In this document: positions 59,967-64,000 of the stretch, one piece after another
Layout: each line of letters begins with the position of its first letter
How positions within the stretch are numbered: the first letter of the stretch is position 1
Assembly (NCBI GenBank): GCA_963663865.1
Contig: OY760686.1
Coordinates: 1,568,001-1,632,000, forward strand
DNA length: 64,000 bases
DNA from: Spirochaetota bacterium
Lineage (GTDB): Bacteria; Spirochaetota; UBA4802; UBA5550
Direction of reading: 5' to 3'
Position numbers and translations under genes: made by a program
Notes under the pieces: generated by a model
Database searches by the model: none
Told to the model about the DNA's origin: nothing
What the model saw: the letters and a program-made list of their open reading frames with translations, nothing else

Positions 59967-61370
59967 ATGATAAAGATATTACCAGGCGAAAAAGTAGACA
60001 TCCTTTCGAAGTACAGGAAGCTGATTGATGAAGTTGACACTGTCAAGTTCACCGGAAGGGTAGAGAAGATTGTCGGTTTGACGATTGAGTCACTGGGGCC
60101 CGCTGTCAAGTACGGAGATCTATGCCGCATCAGAACGGCCGACGGAGACTTTATCCATGCTGAGGTTGTTGGGTTTAACAGAAACAGGGTAATACTGATG
60201 CCGATTGGCGACATGGCTGGTGTAGTTTCCGGTTCGGATGTTTATGCTGTCGGTTCCGGCCTGACAGTGCCGGTCGGAGAAGAGCTGCTGGGAAGGGTCA
60301 TTGACGGAATAGGGCGCCCGATGGATGGTAAGGGAGCGATATTCACTGCCGCAAAATATCCGGTTGACGGCAAACCGCTGAACCCGCTTCGGAGAACAGT
60401 CATTGATACTCCGCTTTCCGTGGGAGTGAGGGCCATTGACGGTCTCAATACCGTGGGGCGCGGGCAGCGAATCGGAATCTTTTCCGGCTCCGGTGTGGGA
60501 AAATCAACTTTGCTCGGGATGATAGCCAAGTACACAAATGCCGATGTTAACGTGATAGCCCTCATAGGAGAGAGGGGGCGTGAGGTTAAGGACTTTGTTG
60601 AGAAGTCCCTGGGAAAAGAGGGGCTCAGGCGGTCTGTAGTTATTGTTGCGACCTCCGACCAGGCCCCGATGCTGCGTCTCCGCGGAGCGTATGTAGCCCA
60701 TACCGTTGCGGAGTACTTCAGGGACAGAGGTCTGGCTGTCAATCTCATGCTCGATTCAATCACCCGTTTCGCTATGGCACAGCGCGAGGTAGGGCTTGCC
60801 GCGGGCGAACCCGCCGCGACGAGGGGATATCCACCGTCAGTATTTACGAAGATGCCTCAGCTCATGGAAAGAGCGGGAACAAGCGACAGCGGAGGAAGCA
60901 TAACGGGATTTTACACTGTGCTTGTCGAAGGGGATGACATGAATGAGCCGGTAGCGGATACCGCGCGCGGAATTCTTGACGGCCATATCGTACTCGACAG
61001 AAAGATCGCTCACCGCGGGCATTTCCCCGCTATTGATATTCTCGCGTCAATATCGAGGTGCATGAAGGATGTAGTGACACGTGAGCACAGGCTTGCGGCG
61101 CAGAAACTTCGTGAACTACTCGCAGCCTACACTGAGGTGGAAGACCTTATAAATCTTAACGCCTACGCGAGGGGGTCAAACAGAAGAGCTGACGCGGCCA
61201 TTGATATGATTGATTATATAAACGATTTTTTACGTCAGGAGTTTGATGAGTCTGAAAGCTATGAGACTGTTGTACAGAGGCTGCTTGAAATGACCGGTGA
61301 ACGCAAGCCGGAAAGACCCGTAAGATCGACATCGCCTCAGGCACCTGCTTTTGCAAGGGTTTTAAAATGA
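59967..61370 (+). CDS. fliI: Flagellar export ATPase FliI
   Basis: GSGVGKS Walker A, GERGREV, DSITR, GYPPSV, LDGHIVL. Confidence 0.96.
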   Translation: MIKILPGEKVDILSKYRKLIDEVDTVKFTGRVEKIVGLTIESLGPAVKYGDLCRIRTADGDFIHAEVVGFNRNRVILMPIGDMAGVVSGSDVYAVGSGLTVPVGEELLGRVIDGIGRPMDGKGAIFTAAKYPVDGKPLNPLRRTVIDTPLSVGVRAIDGLNTVGRGQRIGIFSGSGVGKSTLLGMIAKYTNADVNVIALIGERGREVKDFVEKSLGKEGLRRSVVIVATSDQAPMLRLRGAYVAHTVAEYFRDRGLAVNLMLDSITRFAMAQREVGLAAGEPAATRGYPPSVFTKMPQLMERAGTSDSGGSITGFYTVLVEGDDMNEPVADTARGILDGHIVLDRKIAHRGHFPAIDILASISRCMKDVVTREHRLAAQKLRELLAAYTEVEDLINLNAYARGSNRRADAAIDMIDYINDFLRQEFDESESYETVVQRLLEMTGERKPERPVRSTSPQAPAFARVLK

Positions 61371-61384
61371 AAGGTGTTGCTTGA

Positions 61385-61858
61385 ATGAAAAAGTTTAAAT
61401 TCAGGCTTCAGGGGCTTCTGGAACTAAGAGAAGCGAAGGAAAGGGAGATTATGAATGAGCTCTCGGTTCTTGTGGCAGAACAGAATACTTTCATAAACAG
61501 AAGAGACAGTCTTGTTGACTCGCTTCAGAACCAGGGAAAGGCCTACAGAAAGAAGATGTCTGATGGTACTTTTTCTCCTTCAGATGCCATGCTTTACGGA
61601 AGGTTTATGGACAGGTCTGTCAGGGCTATTGAAACTGAACAGAAGAAAGCTGATTCAATGCTTCCGGGTATTACAGAGGTTAGAGGCAGGCTTGTCGATG
61701 CCTCGGTAAGCAAAAAGGTGGTTGAAAAGCTTAAGGAGAAAAAGCTGGCGGAATACAGCTATGAAGCCGCAAGGGAAGAAGCCAAGGAAAGCGACGATGC
61801 CAATCAGAAGATATATATGCGAAACAGAACATTAAAGATGGAGCAGATCTATGATTGA
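61385..61858 (+). CDS. fliJ: Flagellar export protein FliJ
   Basis: MKKFKFRLQGLLELRE, EKLKEK; follows fliI. Confidence 0.9.
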   Translation: MKKFKFRLQGLLELREAKEREIMNELSVLVAEQNTFINRRDSLVDSLQNQGKAYRKKMSDGTFSPSDAMLYGRFMDRSVRAIETEQKKADSMLPGITEVRGRLVDASVSKKVVEKLKEKKLAEYSYEAAREEAKESDDANQKIYMRNRTLKMEQIYD

Positions 61859-62267
61859 TGACATGTATGCTGTTATGAAGAGGATGGCTGAGATCAGTTC
61901 GCGTTTCGGGCTTAAGCGACATAATACTCGTTCGATTAGCGAAACAAAGGCGGCAGATTCCGGGACAGAAAGCTATCAGACCTCAGGTATCAAACGTTCA
62001 GCTTTCAACACGGAGCTATCAGCTTATTTAGGCCTTGAATCAGCAAATACGCCGGGCAGCCTGAATAAGCCTGCCTGGAGCGGGCAACTGCTGAATCCTG
62101 TTGTGCCTGATGCGGAAAGCATTCGGGGCGGAGGAGCGCAGCTTGATCTACTGAAAGCTATTTTAAAAAACGCGTCCGGCGGTGAAGAGCGCAGTGACAA
62201 TATTACTGACGCGGTCCGGGCCTACAGCTCTGTTGCCTCGGACAGCATTATCCCCGGGGAAAAATAG
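61851..62267 (+). CDS. Hypothetical protein, possibly a degenerate lytic transglycosylase
   Basis: Overlaps the fliJ stop; C-terminal ESIRGG...DAVRAY resembles SLT motifs. Confidence 0.55.
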   Translation: MIDDMYAVMKRMAEISSRFGLKRHNTRSISETKAADSGTESYQTSGIKRSAFNTELSAYLGLESANTPGSLNKPAWSGQLLNPVVPDAESIRGGGAQLDLLKAILKNASGGEERSDNITDAVRAYSSVASDSIIPGEK

Positions 62268-62330
62268 AATGAAATTTGACGGATTTTCTAAAAGCACGGA
62301 ATAAGAACGGGAGACTAACGGGTTAGGAAT

Positions 62331-62927
62331 ATGAGAAATATCTCGAATAAAGCAAAAGCCGCATATCTGGTAGTGCTGATATTCTTTATCACTATATTCG
62401 GGCTTTTCTGGATGGATTATATCGGCCTTGTTGACATGAGCGGTGTCGTTGCCAGATTTACGAAGCCGGTTCCTTCCGTTGTTGACGCTTCAGATGATGA
62501 ACCTTCGCTCATTGCGAAAGAGGAGTTCGAGAAGGAAAAACAGCGGCTTCGAGAGAGAATTGAGGAACTTGACACAAGAGAGATGAAAATCGCAGAGTCT
62601 GAAAAAAAGATTCTGGAGGAGCTTGATAAAATCGAGAAGCTTAAAAGCGGTCTTGAATTCGAGAAGAAAAAGCTCGAAAATGAGAAAACTAAGTATTCCG
62701 GTTATAAACAGAATGTTAAAGTTCTTGCGGATAAGATAAACTCGATGCCTCCCGATGATTCAGTAAAAATTATGATAAACTGGGAAGAAACACTGATTAT
62801 TGACGTACTCAGACAGATGGATGAGGACTCAAGGAAGCTGGGAAAGGTGAGTATCACATCCTACCTGATTACACTTATGCCAAAGGAGAAGGCCAGCAGA
62901 ATAATGTATCTCATGACTCAGATCTGA
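62331..62927 (+). CDS. flbB: Periplasmic flagellar collar protein FlbB
   Basis: N-terminal TM (GLFWMDYIG), coiled coil, MPP..SV...IIDVLRQMD...YLITLMP. Confidence 0.8.
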   Translation: MRNISNKAKAAYLVVLIFFITIFGLFWMDYIGLVDMSGVVARFTKPVPSVVDASDDEPSLIAKEEFEKEKQRLRERIEELDTREMKIAESEKKILEELDKIEKLKSGLEFEKKKLENEKTKYSGYKQNVKVLADKINSMPPDDSVKIMINWEETLIIDVLRQMDEDSRKLGKVSITSYLITLMPKEKASRIMYLMTQI

Positions 62928-63507
62928 GGCCGCTGAATTCGGCTATCAGATCAAGAAGCTCCTTCTTTCCTGTGCTCTTCTGGGAGGATGAGTAGAATAT
63001 GCTGTCACTGCCTACTCCGAGTGCCTTTGATATTTTTACTGCGGAAGAAGCCAGCTCTCCCTTCGAAACCTTGTCACACTTTGTGAGCACAATAGCGCAG
63101 GCTTTTTCCTTGCCGGTGAGAGCTGAAATGAATTCAACTTCCAGATCGCCGGGTATTCGTCTTACGTCAATCAACAGGAAAGCAAGTCTCAGGTTATCTC
63201 TTTCATCAATGTAGCTTTTTATCATCGGGATGAAGCCCTTCCTGACTGAAGAAGGTGCTTTGGCAAAGCCGAAGCCGGGCAGGTCTACAATGGATATTCT
63301 GTCATCAGCCACAAAAAAGTTTATCAGCTGAGTCAGGCCGGGCCGTGAACCCGTTTTAACGAGATTTTTCTGACCAGTCAGCATGTTTATAAGAGATGAT
63401 TTACCCACATTTGACCTGCCGAAAAAAGCGAATTCCGGATACGGATATGCCGGAAATGAGGAGGGGCCTGTGCAGCTTTTCAAAAAATATACTTTTTTAA
63501 ACTTCAT
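62911..63507 (-). CDS. engB: Ribosome biogenesis GTP-binding protein YihA/YsxC
   Basis: GRSNVGKSSLIN, PGLTQ, DLPGFG, TKCDK. Confidence 0.95.
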   Translation of the reverse strand: MKFKKVYFLKSCTGPSSFPAYPYPEFAFFGRSNVGKSSLINMLTGQKNLVKTGSRPGLTQLINFFVADDRISIVDLPGFGFAKAPSSVRKGFIPMIKSYIDERDNLRLAFLLIDVRRIPGDLEVEFISALTGKEKACAIVLTKCDKVSKGELASSAVKISKALGVGSDSIFYSSSQKSTGKKELLDLIAEFSGLRSES

Positions 63508-63943
63508 TTATTACCTTTTCCATTAAGACAGCGTCTGAGTCGCCGTAGTATTTAGGCCTGAGTCCCGTCTTTATAAAGCCTAACCTTTCATAAAAGGCAA
63601 GAGCCCCACGATTGAGGTTGCTGACCTCAAGGAGTATCTTTTCAGGTCTGATATCAGCGCATTGCTGAACAGCCCACTTCAGGAGCGATGAGGCCGCGCC
63701 CAGCCGCCTGTACCGGGAGTCGACTGCTATGTTCTGAAGCTGAATCTCTCCGGTTATTTTCCAGAATACAGCGAACCCTGCAATCTGTCCATCAATATCC
63801 TCCGCAACAGCCATGATGGAGAAGTCATAATCAAGTTCGTTGTAAAAGTACTCCTTTTTCCAGAGAGCAAGGGATGAGCTTTCGATCTCAAAGATTCTTT
63901 CGATATCTTCATAACTTGCCCTGCGGATGCTGAAATTTTTCAC
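63497..63943 (-). CDS. rimI: Ribosomal-protein-alanine N-acetyltransferase
   Basis: NIAVD...RRLG, LLEV..N..A..FYE.LGF..G.RP.YY...DA. Confidence 0.85.
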   Translation of the reverse strand: MKNFSIRRASYEDIERIFEIESSSLALWKKEYFYNELDYDFSIMAVAEDIDGQIAGFAVFWKITGEIQLQNIAVDSRYRRLGAASSLLKWAVQQCADIRPEKILLEVSNLNRGALAFYERLGFIKTGLRPKYYGDSDAVLMEKVINEV

Positions 63944-63999
63944 GCTTTCTTCCCAAGGGCTTTATATGCCTCAGCAATCAGGAAAAGAGCCAGAACAAA
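63940..63999 (-). CDS. C-terminal fragment of a membrane protein entering from the window end
   Basis: FVLALFLIAEAYKALGKKA*, with TGA overlapping the rimI GTG. Confidence 0.4.
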   Translation of the reverse strand, partial: FVLALFLIAEAYKALGKKA

Positions 64000-64000
64000 G

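Overview
Bacterial chromosome segment from a spirochaete, probably Leptospira-related (flbB collar gene, Leptospira-style OmpL37-like and LipL45-like proteins, an extra gene between yajC and secD). Most of the window is core genome: bamA-skp-L,D-transpeptidase, yajC-X-secDF-ribD-ribE, a glnA-like gene, gap, argJ/argD/argF/argG, pheS-pheT, flgBC-fliEFGHIJ-flbB, engB and rimI. It also carries many signalling genes (SpoIIE phosphatase, two STAS proteins, a REC-GGDEF protein, a REC-PAS-GGDEF-EAL protein, a CYTH cyclase). The main accessory feature is an AT-rich island at about 41.0-47.3 kb. It looks like a tandem duplication of a unit [5' element - propeller-like lipoprotein - hairpin]. One copy has gained a thermolysin-family (M4) lipoprotein peptidase gene. 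That gene starts with a 12 x 7-bp repeat (GATTCCA) directly at its start codon, a likely phase-variation switch that is currently in frame, and it is split by a 1314-bp IS3-family element with a 3-bp target duplication. No rRNA, tRNA or CRISPR array was recognised. All functional calls come from motif recognition by eye, not from database searches.
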